Below, piece by piece: positions 11,560 through 25,006 of a DNA stretch of 64,000 nt. Location: assembly GCA_002633005.1 (NCBI GenBank), contig NMRA01000011.1, forward strand, positions 30,324 to 94,323, in the 5' to 3' direction. The notes below the pieces were generated by a model. The model made no database searches. It was given only the letters and a program-made list of their open reading frames with translations, and was not told the origin of the DNA. Within the stretch, counting starts at the first letter, position 1, and each line of letters begins with the position of its first letter. The position numbers and the translations under genes are program-made. Source of the DNA: Phoronis australis. Lineage: Eukaryota; Animalia; Phoronida.

Positions 11560-14500
11560 TAGTCGGTGGGCCAGATCTTGTAGCGTTCATCCTTGTGAGT
11601 GCTTTGGGGGGGCAACCTAGTTTTTTCTATGTGGCTAGATAATATACCTAGAAATCAAATTCCAAAAAGTTCCCACGTCTACACTTACACATTTTTTTTA
11701 AAAAAGGTGTTTTTGTTGCACAAAATATGATGCACATTCCTGCCACTTGATGGCGCTTTTCTATTGAATTGACCAATCAGAGAGCCAGATTGTATTGTTG
11801 TGCTTAGTTACTTCAATATGGCTGCTCCCATGGAGTGTGATGCCTGTATAATTCAAGGTTTATCAAACAGCACAAAATTGTGATGTCAGAGCCTAAAGAA
11901 GCTTAGGAAAGCTTCCTGACGAAATCTGATTGACTGTGGAACTCTGTAGATCAGTAGATCAAAAAGCAGAAGAGGTGTCACAAACGTTTGTGCAGAAAAC
12001 AGCTGCATGTCCTGGTAGCCTACACAGTATACTGCTGAGTGCTGTAGACTAGAAGACCAAGTGTTAGACCAGAAAATTGAAAGGACATAGAACGGCATAG
12101 CAACGTTTCAAGGCACCAACAGTAGTACTAAAGCTGAAGTTGCTGAAAGTGATACAGATGTTATCCAAGATTTCCCAAGAAAATCAATTATACTTCCAAA
12201 ATCTGAAACACCCAATTAACCTGAACAAGATAGGAACATTCTGAAACATGAGTGCATCATTTGTTAGCAGGAAAAGTACATTATGGGCCACATTTCAAGA
12301 AAGAGAAAGAAGTATAGCTTTCAAAAACAGGTACGTGTTTTTGAAAAATACATATTGGTGTTTTCCATGTGTGTTTCAGTATTATCACCAGTTGTTTTTT
12401 AACTTGTTCAGCCCCTTGGCTGCCTAGGCCTTAGACAATACTGCTGACCAAGTAGAGTCGATGATCATACCATAGGTACTCCATATGCCGGATACTTTTC
12501 GGCAAATTATGTTCCTATAAGTTTAGAAGTACCGCGTAGAGAGATGCCTCTGAGGAGGTCGTTAATGTTTTCATTTGTTCCCAGTTTAAACAAATACTCC
12601 TGCAATCCTGTTTTTCGAACACTCCATTCAGTTGCCACATCGACACTGCTTGCGCTAAGGGATAATCCTATGGCGTTATACTGTGGGTGTGATTTTAAAG
12701 CACTTTAAGTCAAAAATTTTTGAGAAGGTTAAATGGAGTAGATGGTTGCAAACAACATGCCCAAGTGGCCGTCATCCCCTGCCGTAGTCTCAATTTTTTG
12801 TAAACATTAATTACTTAGGTAGCTGCAATGATAATTAAATTAAAGTGCCTAAGTGGCCATCGTCGCCGTCGAAATTTGAGGACGATGGAAGCCACTGTCC
12901 ATTTCGTCAAACGTCGATTACCTTAAGTGTAAATCGATTGACTATGGTTTGAGCATCTGATTTAAAAAAATTAAATTTCAATCACTGCACAGGTATATCA
13001 GCTGATTTATTTTCAGTTGCATCTACTGATCTAATTATTAGACGATCAACATTATTAGGCTACAGATCAGACGGCATGTAAATTTGTTAGGCTGGTGGTG
13101 GATCAGTTCCTGATAAGTCCGTCTGAAAAAGTTGCATGCCAACTCACTCATAGTTGAATGTTAAATTAGTGTTAACAGTTCGGGTTTTTTTCAGTTGGAC
13201 TTGTATCGCAAGCAACAGCTCAGTCCAGAGCCCTGAATATGCAAATGAAATTCAAAGATAAAGACCTTGTGTCTTAGAAGCCAAGTACCACAGATCATCA
13301 TGCTATAAAAAATAGAAAGACAACGATTGTGAAGAGTGACGAATTCACAGTTTTCAGAGATGTTTTTCTACAGTTTTGTTTGGAGTTCATTGAATCGAAG
13401 CTTCTAACACAAGGAGATGTCATTTGCCTTTCAAAACTAAAGCAAGACTTTGAAGCTGTTCTTCAGAAAGCTGGTGTGCATGAAGTTATTTGGACAGGCA
13501 ATCTTAAGAAATATTGTTGAAGCTACTCACTGTTGTAGTTTGTGCCCGACTAAGAGATACGAAAGTGAATTGAGGCTAGTGTTCAATAATTCACTTGCTG
13601 ACTCTAATTAACACAGCCCATTATAACATATTTTGAATCAAACGTTTGCCCAAATAGTGCCCGCCTCCAAACAAGGACTTAGTGTTTGACCCTTCATTGC
13701 CTGCGGGCTAATCACCAGTGTGCAGTGCTGTACCCTCTCTAATCGACCATAGTTGGCTCCTTGGCGGTGGAGCTTTGCAGTTAATATGTATGGCAATGAC
13801 CGCATCTCCATTGACAGTACTAAACGATGAACGCTGCAAGTGCAAAAAGAACATGTGTGCTGGGAAACTGAGTTTGTGCTGCAATGCTGGGTCAAACTGT
13901 ACAGAAATGTGCAGCTGTGACAACTGTAGTAACATCAGCAACACTGACTGCATAACATTGGATAGTTCTTTGACAAGTCAACCCTAAATAGACCTCCAAC
14001 CCCGTTATTTCCTTTTTTGTATTAAAAAGTTAATTTTATTTGTTGATTAAGTCATAGAAAGTACATACTTTGATCATTGTCATGTATTTGTCTCATACTG
14101 CTTGATAAACGCTGTCAGAATAATCTATTATTTTCATACAGTCTTTGTGCACATTCACAGAGATCATTCAACTACCGGTATATTGTTTTTGTACTATAAC
14201 GTATTTCTGGTGTATTATGCAAACAAGCTGTATTTTACACCATTAGTCAATGTTTTAGTCATTGAGGCACAAATTTTGCCCAGTCTCAAGTGTTTTGTGT
14301 TATTTTTGTTGCCTGACAATGCCAGAATAACTTCCTAGTAACATTCAGACTTAGTTTGCATTTTTGCCACTAGGTGTCTCTTTACGTTTTTTAAATTTCA
14401 CTGTTTACAATTAATTTACAATAGTAAAACGTGTAATGTGAGTGTAATATTGTTCAATACAATGGCACTGATGGGACCATATTACTTGTTTTACAAAAAA

Positions 14501-14734
14501 GTCACCAAAACTGTTGTTTTTACAAATATAAGTTTACTAAGCTCTTTGGTGATTATTAGGCAACTTCAAACTCAAATTTCTCAAAAATGTGCAACTTAAT
14601 ATGTGGGAACTTTTTATATTTTGAAAACACTCTAATAAATGAATTAAAAAACACCAAAATAAAATTGCCCCCCTAAAGTACTCACAAAAACCATTTTCTA
14701 GAGGCCCTACCGACAAAATCTGGCCCACCGACTA
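11560..14734 (+). mobile_element. Internally deleted TIR DNA transposon carrying Cys-rich (CXC/tesmin-like) coding relics
   Basis: 17-bp perfect TIR tagtcggtgggccagat / atctggcccaccgacta, flanked by CAT on both sides (11557-59, 14735-37). Relics are EAKYHRSSCYK (~13278-13310) and CKCKKNMC..CCNAGSNCTEMCSCDNCSN (13834-13935). Confidence 0.8.
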
Positions 14735-16640
14735 CATTGAGTAAGCGAGCGCGTGCGTGTCACCAGAGTTCATTTGCCAGAGCAGAGACCGACTTTTGGC
14801 CAGAGCCACGCATTGTATCTAAAGAAATTTGCACAAGCAGTAGGCCTACACCACAGAGTGTTTCATTCAGCACTTGGCGGTCTCATGTGCTAAAAACGTT
14901 CGACATTTGTCTCGGTAAGGCCCATATTAGTCGCCGTGTGGCTGGATGCGTACGTGACAGTTATTTTTCGATGTAATGTCTTTGATGACAGGTTCATGTA
15001 TGTAGCGCGCGCTTCCTGGCCACGTGCTTGTAACACTGGCCAAGCTTTTTATTAGTCTTCGATTTGCGGTTTTCACGTGTACAAAGAAATTTGGATTCCT
15101 GTTGAAAGCGGGGAATATCTTCAACGCAATCCCATAGACAAGTACACTACGTCTGTTCTGAAAGGCCACACCATTGGTCCTCGCAAGATCAGCAAAACTT
15201 TTGTGTTAGTTTTGAGGCATGGCAGAAGTTTGAAGTGTATAGTCACGGCTAAATACCGACAGCGGCAAGGCTCGTGGTCTACAAATACTGCGCACAACGA
15301 TTTTTTCAGGACTGTCGGATATTATTGATAAATTGATGACGTTACTATAGAATTTTAGGACTGTAGGTAAGACATTTTTCTCACGTACACATTCATGGAC
15401 TGGGCGCTTATTTTAGCATCAAGTCTTAAAACACGTGGGGGGGGGGGTTATTACGGCGAATGCGGTATATCAAAAAAACTAAGCTTTGTCAACTGGTAAA
15501 AATATATATTTTCTGAAAAAAACATAGACCAGGAAATATAAATATACTTTTTATATTTATGTGCCATAATTATTTTTAATCTTTTTTAAGTCAAAATTTC
15601 ATTTTTGAGAAAGGTACATTCATAGCAAAATAACCCCTCGGTCGATTCTAATGAAACCTTTTTCAAATGAAAACTTCACCAGTTACCTCAAAAACACTGT
15701 AAGGAATTTTCAGTTAGTCTGTTCATTTGGTTTCTATGACAAATCAACTTGCAAAATATAAGGTATTTTGGTAAAAAGTTGAAGTCGTATTCGTCTTTGT
15801 CACATTAAGCAAAAGCTAGGCCTTTATATAAAAAATCCTAGTGTTTTTGAGACTAAATATTAAGTTTGGAAAGTTTCAGCGAAATCCATCAAGACGTTTT
15901 TCATTTTTTGTGAATCAGGTTGGAGATAACATTAAAATGAAATGTCTTACAGAGTATGTAAACTGCTGCTGAAGTGCGGGACTGGCTCTTGAGTAGGAAT
16001 GGAGGTTATTTCTGGAGTATTAATATGAGCTTTACTTAGAAGTTTACGTTTTACGAGCGTTCAATTTATTTAAACCCGGATGTGAGTTGGACAAAATCGC
16101 CGATCCAAATCCCGACACAATGACCGTGATTAAGAAACAATGTACTTGCGGGAAGTAAAGCATGCCTTGTCTGCCAGGTGTCGCTAGGGAATAAATGATA
16201 TCACAACGTATGCGTAAGACCACAGATTTCGTCCATTGAAAATATACAGACTTGGTGGTCCACATTCTATAGCCTATGGTCCCACCTCCCCTAAATCCGG
16301 CAGCATAATAATAAACAACGCTAGGCAATATGAGAATTATCAAAAACAAAAGAAATAACTTCTGTAGAGTTATTTTTCAACTTTTTGATTGAGGCACAGC
16401 TCAAAATATAACCTCCACCAAACTGAAGCTAAAAACAATTGGATTCACAACTCTACACTTACCAGTATTTGGTGGCAGTCTCCACAGTGCATCACGATAT
16501 CGCATCACGGTATCCAACACCTGCCTGGTATAATGGCCCAATACTAAAAGAAAATGCAGCAAAATCATTACAGCTATCAAATACATACTATATTGCTTAT
16601 TCCTATTCGTATTTTTCAGCTGCTTCCACAGTAGACTTAA

Positions 16641-17725
16641 GGCGAAGGCAACCTTTTTTCATGTTACTTTTAGTAAAAAATAAGGTTCGTTGGTTATACA
16701 ATACATATTTTTCAATTAATTACTGTAGAGCTTCTCGTCGGCAACCCATCTCACAGTGACCGTAACAACGTGAGCAAAGGAGATATTGTTCATGGGCGGT
16801 ACACTACAGAGGGGGCAGGGGGGCTTTAGCCCCCACTTTTTTCAGTGCTGTGCCACCCATGTCATAGCTGTGGTGATTGTGTATTTTTTTCACGGACGGT
16901 CAGTGGGTGGCTGTACTAGAGAGCTTCCTCCCTCTTCTTCCAGTCTGAGCCATATTGGAATAAACCACATATATACTGTTCCGAGTCAATCTGTGTTTAT
17001 CTAGTGTCTACTATATTCATCCATAACATAACAGGTATCTATATGTTTGAGCGCGAGTATAATGAGGCAGAGTACGCACAGGCACAGCTTTTGAGAGGAA
17101 TGAGGCAGAGACTGAGGACAGATGTGGTGGGACGTCTTGGTGCAAATGCACGGTGTGCACTGTAATGCCGACCTCAATGGAATGCCTATGCTGTTTCCAC
17201 TGCGGGATGGTCACCTGAGCACCCAAACCGCTTACATACCGCCATGTGACTCCTTCGCCACACATACATACACCTGGCACCTTCTATATAGCTCCAATAC
17301 TTTAGACAAGTCCAGAACAAACTTATCAAAATTTGGCTCACAGGCCTATTCATTGAACGACGAACTGTCCTCATTGGGTGTCGAACTGCATGCAGTGATG
17401 TAATGGTACACCTAGAGTGCGCAAGACGATAATGAGTACATCCCGGTATGCAGTAAGTATGTGGCATGTTGACTGACTTGTAAACAAAAGTAAAGTATGA
17501 TCGAACTTATCACAACCGAGATAGAACAATGACTGACTCAACAGTTCTCACAATCAGACTATAGGAAAATAAGTGGCGCATAATTCTGGACTCCCTAAAG
17601 GTCACTTCCGGAGTAGGGGACGAGTAATTAATTAAATTACGAAAAGCTGTAATTAACTGAAAAACATGTCTGGTATAATCAACAAGCCTTATTTTTACTA
17701 AAATGACATGAAAAAATGTTGCCTT
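16641..17725 (-). mobile_element. Kolobok-like non-autonomous element with a THAP-like N-terminal relic (decayed copy)
   Basis: TTAA followed by ggcgaaggcaaccttttt; inverted end ...aaaaatgttgcctt at ~17712-17724; MPHTYCIPGC ORF start at 17467 (-); homologous to 54437-55317. Confidence 0.7.
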
Positions 17726-20700
17726 TGTGAAGAACACTGTTCCCAGTAATATTTTATGTACTATCAAGACTAAGGCAAAAAAGACTTGTTTATAATAAGT
17801 GATCTGAACTCTACAGCATACAAAGCATGACTGAGACAACACCGCTACTAGCATACACTATGTATAATGTTGTTGGCTATGATTAATTGCAGCTAACAGT
17901 ATAAACAAAGAGTGAAGTACTACGCTCATCATGTTACACCCCTCCCTCGATGGATGAAGTTCGTCATCTCTTAAACAAAAAAAAACAAAAATGTGAGGAA
18001 AAATATGAAGATTTTTTTAAGTTGCATTACCTTGACAAAAGTCTGTGCAGTCGCTGTCGGTCTAAACATATCGTGTAGTCCATATAGTACAGCTTCCTGT
18101 TCATCAGTGCCATCCTCCTCACCAACAGCTTCAGATGCTCCCTGTTGTACTGAACTATCCGCTACCGCTCCATGCCTTTCAAAACGTAAATAAAAACTTT
18201 AACTGCACAAAATGTTTATAGGATAAGGAAACGAGATTTAGTAGAATAACACCATCAATTCATAGTCACGTATTCATTTGATAACCTTGAAATAGACAAT
18301 GCACAGGACAATGACAGTTTTTAATATTAGTATAGTGTTCCATGTTAAATACAGTCCACAAGTGAACATATTCTTTGAAGGAAACACAAGCAAAAAGAAA
18401 AGTTACACATCACGAATAAGGTGAAGTACAAGTGCTTCTGCACACTATAAAAGAAATTGAAAATAAATACAATTGTAGCTTCAGATAGAAATAAGCAAGA
18501 CAAATGTAGCATAAGGCTACTGCACATTATAAGCACAAGAAGCACCAACACTAGATGAAGAGGTTAATCGAAAGCAAAAGGTTTTGGCAAAGGCATGGCA
18601 TCGAGAAAAAGTGTAGCACTATTAGGTTACACACAAAATTACTAGACTGTCAACCGTAAAATGAAGGAATAATTACAAGTTATTAACAGTAGCTAAATGC
18701 TGTATTGACCAAGGGTTCCTTTATCTAGCATGTACTAAAAAATGACTGTTTTGATTAATAAGAACATGATTGAACTATTTGAAAGAGCAAATTATATTGA
18801 ATTACACAGAGCATTTTTTCAATTCCAGTACCATACTGAATATGATAGCTGAACGCGTTTATCTAAATGCTCCTACTCATACTCTGAAGTTCCATTATGG
18901 TATCAAAGTCATCTTAAAAAGAGTGAAGCAGGAGACAAAATGATGATATTTCCTGAAACACCACTTGACTCATCTATCTACTTACTCATCCAGTCGTGGT
19001 AGAAGAGATGACACAAGTATAGTTCCACCAAATATTTTCCTGAAATTACGAGTAGGAACTGTCTTATTTAAAATAGAAGCATGTGAGTGCATAAAAGGAC
19101 ATCCTTGCAGTCCTGCAAAACTTCAATCGTTACTAAAAGATTATACTTTTTGAGTATCGCAGCGAATATAAAACAAATGCAGTCAGATTCCAAACCAAAA
19201 TTCCAGAATGATGAAGACATTACTTTGTGTGAATCGTCATCCAGACTAAAATGGCAGGCAGATTACTGCATATTGACAGGTAGTGGGAGTTGAACGCACG
19301 ATAAATTTTTCATAATTGAGAGTTCCGCCATCAATCCATGAACATGAGAATGTTGACTTAATGAGGAAAGCTAAACTTGCCGATTATTAGTGCACTTAAG
19401 TTTGTTCATATGTACAAACTGACAATACCACCACAAACACCCCTTGACACGCTTTGCATGAGGGAACACGGGTTATTCTCCACAATATGTCTTAAATATG
19501 GATTGCAACAAGTGGAACATGTTCTGCAGAGTCGTTTAATAAATGCACGCTGCAACCATGAAGTCCCTAACCATAACCTTTTTCACCTTCTTTACCTGGC
19601 TGGCATGAAACACTGTCCACGCGCTGTTTTGACAGCATTGTAGATCTTGAGGTTTGAATCTGCACCCAGTCAGACAGGTTGCCATCATACTGATACCCTA
19701 CAAACAACCCTGAAAAGGTATAATAGATATAACAAATATACAAGGCATAGTATGTTCTACTAATTTGAGAGGAACAAGTACATGCAGCCAAGTAAAGGTT
19801 ATATATTTCTATTCTCAATAGTTGCCAACATTTGTTATCGTTACGAAACCAGGTGATTCTAAAATTAAATGAAAAATATTTGCTTTGTCAGATTCAAAAT
19901 GAATGGCTTGAGTCCCGTACACAGTATGATGTTGCTCTCGTGAAGGGGAATATACATAGTTTTCATTTAGGCTTAATCCATTGTAAATTTAACCACGCTA
20001 ATGTGAAGCATTGAAATATGCACATGAGTGCAACTATACCACAAATGGTAAGCTTATGGTAGTGTTCATTAGTACCAAAGAAATGGTACATGTTCAAACA
20101 AACACGATGGCCAACAAAATTAAAGATGGGCTCAAGGTTGTGCAAAGTACATCAAAACTGTTTGAAAAGGGGCCGACGTATCCTAATAAAGCAAATATCC
20201 ACAGAATCCATCAAAGAACTCCCAAGACTGAGGTTCATGTGAAGAACTTAAAATTAGTCACAAGACTGGCAAAGCGATAGTCGTATTGCCTTGGTAAAAA
20301 ACTCTTTGACATCAGTTGACAACTTCACAGGAATTTCTACCACAGCGACTTGACTGGCCGTAGAGATGAGGCTCCTCTAAGGGCTTCATATGCCAGATGC
20401 TATTCGGCGAATAATGCCTCACAGTCAGATCTAGGATGTCGCAATGGGGGTAAGGTAATTGTCAGTCAACTGAATGGCAATGGTAGTTTATTCACTTTTC
20501 AATAAGAATAACCCAATTTCAATCTGTGAACAGCAAAACAAATTCATCAGCGTCAGGGTTCATTTACTTGGATGTAAGTTAAATAATCATACTGTTTTTA
20601 CATTCCCAGAACAGACAGGGTGTGAATGACAGTCATGGCTATCAGATTCTGAGGACCGATATTAGTTTCTGCCAATGAACCACTTTAACTGTCCTTTTAG

Positions 20701-21672
20701 AATCCGTCTTCAGCAGTATCAGCACAGGATTCTTGAATGGCATCCTCAGCTTCTGATCGTCCCCAATACACTACATATAATTATTTAGTATTTATATATA
20801 GTGTAAGGGGGGCGATCAGAAGCGGAGGACGCTTGGGATTTCTTGCATATTTCTGTCAGAGACAGAACTGGCTGTTCTGTAATGTTAGCCTTCACAGCTC
20901 CAGCAACGCATTTGTCCATGTGTTCACGGCGTATGCCCATTTGTATAACCTAACTGATGAGATAAATCACAAAAGTAGGCAACAAATACACAGAAAAAAG
21001 TTAAAACCAGCAGTAAGGAAGGGGCCTGACTAGCTGATACACTGTCGAGAAAATGAAGTCTGTAACAGTGCAACACACGTGTTTAATAACACTAAGAAAC
21101 AGAATAAAAATCCCTGATTAAACCTAACACAATTCTGGTTAAAAATACCTTATATCTTACGAATTTAACACAAGAAATCCTGCACACTTCAACGCACCAA
21201 GAGCAACGAAACGACAACGACCGCTCATTCCAATACGGGCCAGAAACTACTTCCCGTATTGGAATGATGACGTCATTCCAATAGGGGCCAGATTCCAATA
21301 GGGGTCGGAGCATACTCATTCCTGGTGGACGAAATGACACAACTGCGCTGCTCTTCAACAATGCCAAGACAAATTGAAAAGTGAATGCTTGCGGTCTGCT
21401 ATTGAGACTAAGGAAAATATAAATTCTATAGATACTATTAAGTTATTGATACTTTACATTACTTACGCAATACCAAGGGAGTGGAAATACCGATGCGCGG
21501 AGTTTTTGTAAACAAAAGTTACTGGACTGGCACAGTGAGTTGCTATCAGTTATTTATTCTGTAGGGATTATCAGTTCATTCACGTCGCCAAATTTCTGCA
21601 TGAGTTTTGTCGCTGACTCTCATCTTCACTGAACCATCTGCGCACTAGGCCGGTAGCCTGAATCTTTCCGTT

Positions 21673-22200
21673 TCATTTCAGCTGTCGACATTGAAAGAGT
21701 AGTTCGCTTGGCTTTTTCGTGAGGTATTCGTTGACAAAACTGCTGCGGCCTATTTCTTTTATCTTATTAGAAAATGCTTGACGCGCATTATAGGTAGTAA
21801 ATTTAACAAGAATTCTGTCTCCAAGTCGATGATTGCGGTGAAGATTTTTTTCCGTGATGACGTTAAGTTTGCCAACAATGTCCATATGCTTGTCCGTATT
21901 GTCGTTTTCCGTGACAGTAACAAGTAAACAGTTCCGACGGGTATACTGTTTTAGATCATCTAATTTCATCACTAGGTTAGCAATTTTTCCTCTTGGTAAG
22001 ATTTTTCGCCAAGCTGTGACACTTCTAAGTTTAGTTGATCACTTTCCTAGGTGTTTGGACATTACTTTATGAATTGTTCCTGGATTTTGTTCATAAATTC
22101 TTCCAGAGTTTTTGAAAGTACGCCAGTAACTTGTCTCTGAATGCATCTGATTCCAAGGTAGTAAACAATGAGAACTGTTTCTAGTTCTTTAGTCAACATT
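21673..22200 (-). pseudogene. Non-LTR retrotransposon ORF1 relic
   Basis: LDDLKQYTRRNCL...HRLG..RILVKFTTYNAR...FVNEYLTK matches the EQYSRRNN / HRLG / IIVKF / INE.LT pattern of LINE ORF1 (L1 Tnp22-like) proteins; deleted and frameshifted. Confidence 0.8.
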
Positions 22201-23416
22201 GTGTCTGTTAATAGACAATATCCATGTTTGAAAGACTAATAACGATGGTACTTCCCGTCATGTTTGCACGAGGACGAGGCTACAAGACTGATGAAACATG
22301 TGGTGTAGTGCACAAGTTATAAGGAACGTTTCCTCAACATGTTTTCCTTTTAATTTATAAAGCTCTCACTTCTTACCACACTTTACTTATGCTGTATGTA
22401 ACATGCTGTGGTTTCCACAACTGCCGTGGACTGCAAGTATTACAAAAACTTGCTGTTCGAAATATACCTCATCACTACTTCCTTTCTCATATACTGACCC
22501 TTTATTTCGGACTCTGAATATTCTTTCCTAAAACGACATTTTATATTTCCTGTCAACGATTTTTCTATATGTCTTGTAATCAGCTCTTACTCCATATTTC
22601 TCAGGTTTTCATTACGATATCAATCTTGATTCATCCAAACGTTAAAGAAATGTCCTCTCAAGATACGCCCATTTTTGTGTAACACTTCCACCGCACAACC
22701 CGTAATCACCAATACCACTCACTCAAGCCAAGAGCCTCTGCAATATTTTCCCAGAGCTTATTAATTAATTGTCATATTATTACAGAAACATAATTGAAAA
22801 GATATTTACTTACTCCATTCACGCTTTCTCCTCAGCCATAAAAATTCACCTGTTACGAAACTATTGAGGAAAATGCTCATTATCAAACTGCAGAATCTGT
22901 GCATCTCAGCATCGCTAAAATTTTAAACGTGTGAGAGATATGTGTCTTACCTATCACCTTGATTCTTGTTTCCCTGCGCTGTGTAATAAACTTCAATCAT
23001 ACAACCATATAATTTTGCCTGTCCAGCCATTTACATTCTTTATTTTTAGTTCTTTTTTACTTTGTAAATGTGTTTTTTCTCTTAGCATAATAAAATGCAT
23101 AACGTATTCATTCGTATTTTTTTCCTTTGTTGAGCCAACCATGTTAAAGTTTAGGTTATATCATTCTTTATCTGTACCATATTTTAGTTTCTTCCATTAT
23201 TGCACCGGTAGTTTGTATTGTAATCTGTGTCCATGTTCACGTACACATTTTACATAGATACATAATCATTTTGTTGATACTCAACACAAGTTAAAGTATC
23301 GCTCATGTAGTGAGATAAATTGTTGACTAACTACAAGTATAGGTATTGGTGGTTATTATCCAAGCCGCTCCCTTTGCCTTGTTTTGATATTTCTAAAGTA
23401 ATCAATGACCATGTAT

Positions 23417-24514
23417 TGTCACGTGGTGAATATCTTGCCGGTAGGCGGTTGAAATAACACAACAACACAATTTGATTTGGATGTAACAATGAGTAAATTG
23501 GCTAAATGTTTGAATTTCCCTAAATGAATAATCATAAAGATTAACAAAGAAGGATAATTTAATCAGTCTGTGATCACGTTTCCTGTTCCTGGCGTCGGCC
23601 TTGGATCCAGTGTTACACTTGTTATGAGGAGTTTACTCTCCTCTTGATCATTCGATCCAGTCATCCAAGCAAGAGTCACTTGATGAAATGCTTCGGAATA
23701 CATGTAACTATGAAGTTCAGTCCATCGAACAACATATATGTTAACATTGAATTCAGTCCATCGAATTCTACGATACAATGTATCCCTTTGAAATTCAGTC
23801 CATCGAATTTCTGCTACATGTATAGGATTGAAATTCAGTCCATCGAATTTCTATAACTTGTGGTATTTCCCAGCAAACTAGGAGCATCTCTTCAGGAATA
23901 TCTGCGATATCTCTCTAGCAAGCTGCCTTGGTTGAGTGCCTCTCTCCAAGAAATAAGCCTTCTTAAGAAGCTAACGGTATACCTATGACTCAAACAGACT
24001 AAAGGTGGGCGAGTTAAATTAAAACATAAAACCCACAAACTTCCTCCACAAATACGTACTCATAGTTCCAAAACACGAACTCCCGGAACAACATCATAAG
24101 ATTCTAATTATGAACCTAAGCTTTCACCAAATATGGTCACGGACAGACAAACCTTTAAGTAATTTCTGCTGAATAATAACAAGACAATTGTTGTTGTCAG
24201 AACTGGCTAACCACACAGTTGACCAATTCCGGTGACTTTAAAGTTACATAATTCTGCTAGCATAGCATAAACACATCGTTAGAGACAAATATGCTGATTG
24301 ATTTCCTATGCACTCCTAGGAGGCAATAAATTTCAGTAAACAACTAATACCTTTAATTAATTACACAACAACCACTATATACTTAATTAATACTAATACT
24401 TCTCTTGTGATATTATTCTCATGTACATAGTTAGCCCAAGTTGTAATGTGTTTGTATCATACTTAAATAATACATAAATGACATGTTCATCCTACATAAA
24501 ATCTCCCCGTAACA
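23417..24514. mobile_element. Possible solo LTR
   Basis: Starts TGTCACG and ends CGTAACA (short inverted termini), with internal short repeats; no matching TSD seen. Confidence 0.35.
23711..23852. repeat. Four copies of gaa(a/g)ttcagtccatcgaa at 36-40 bp spacing
   Basis: Visible at ~23712, 23749, 23790 and 23830. Confidence 0.9.
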
Positions 24515-25006
24515 CTCAAATGCAGTCAATAAAACCGGCATAGAAATAATACATCACATGTGTAGTCCTCAAGCGAGAGAAAACGTAACACCCCTCCAAA
24601 GCTGGATGCTGAATATGGTATCTTCTCGCCTTGAATTAGTCTGTGAAGAATTGGTGTACATTAGCCAGCAACTTCAGTTACTGCGCTTCAATAACAGTAA
24701 TTCGGAAAACTTGATCACTTACAATAACCAGTGAATAGAGATAATATGGACTGTATTCACACAAAAGGCCACTAACAGTGTTGGCCACTGTGCTCCGTGC
24801 TGAAACATTACAATTCTGACCAGCTGTGATCGTTCTTTGTTGAATCTCGGGATTGAATATTATTAATGATGAATTAATTTCGTTTTAGGAATCGCTAATG
24901 CAGCAAGCTTGCTTAAGTCTATCTTCAGGTTACATGCCTTGAACTGGGCAAATTATTGTCAAATTTGTGTGTGCTCTCCCCTGCTCCAGGAACCGTACTG
25001 CGTAAA

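Larger units (their letters stand above)
8035..21314 (-). mobile_element. Large (~13.3 kb) TIR-bounded DNA element with nested insertions and decayed minus-strand coding remnants
   Basis: Left end ttccggcccgtattggaatctggctcgtattggaat (8038-) matches the reverse complement of the right end (21276-21310, gctccgacccctattggaatctggcccctattggaat). The gtattggaat motif is reiterated subterminally at both ends. Exact termini and TSD are unresolved. Confidence 0.6.

Noticed and set aside
23711-23852. Repeat-spacer pattern resembling a mini CRISPR
   Set aside because: Repeats are only ~18 bp, the intervening sequences are similar to one another, and there are no cas genes; it is a degenerate minisatellite.
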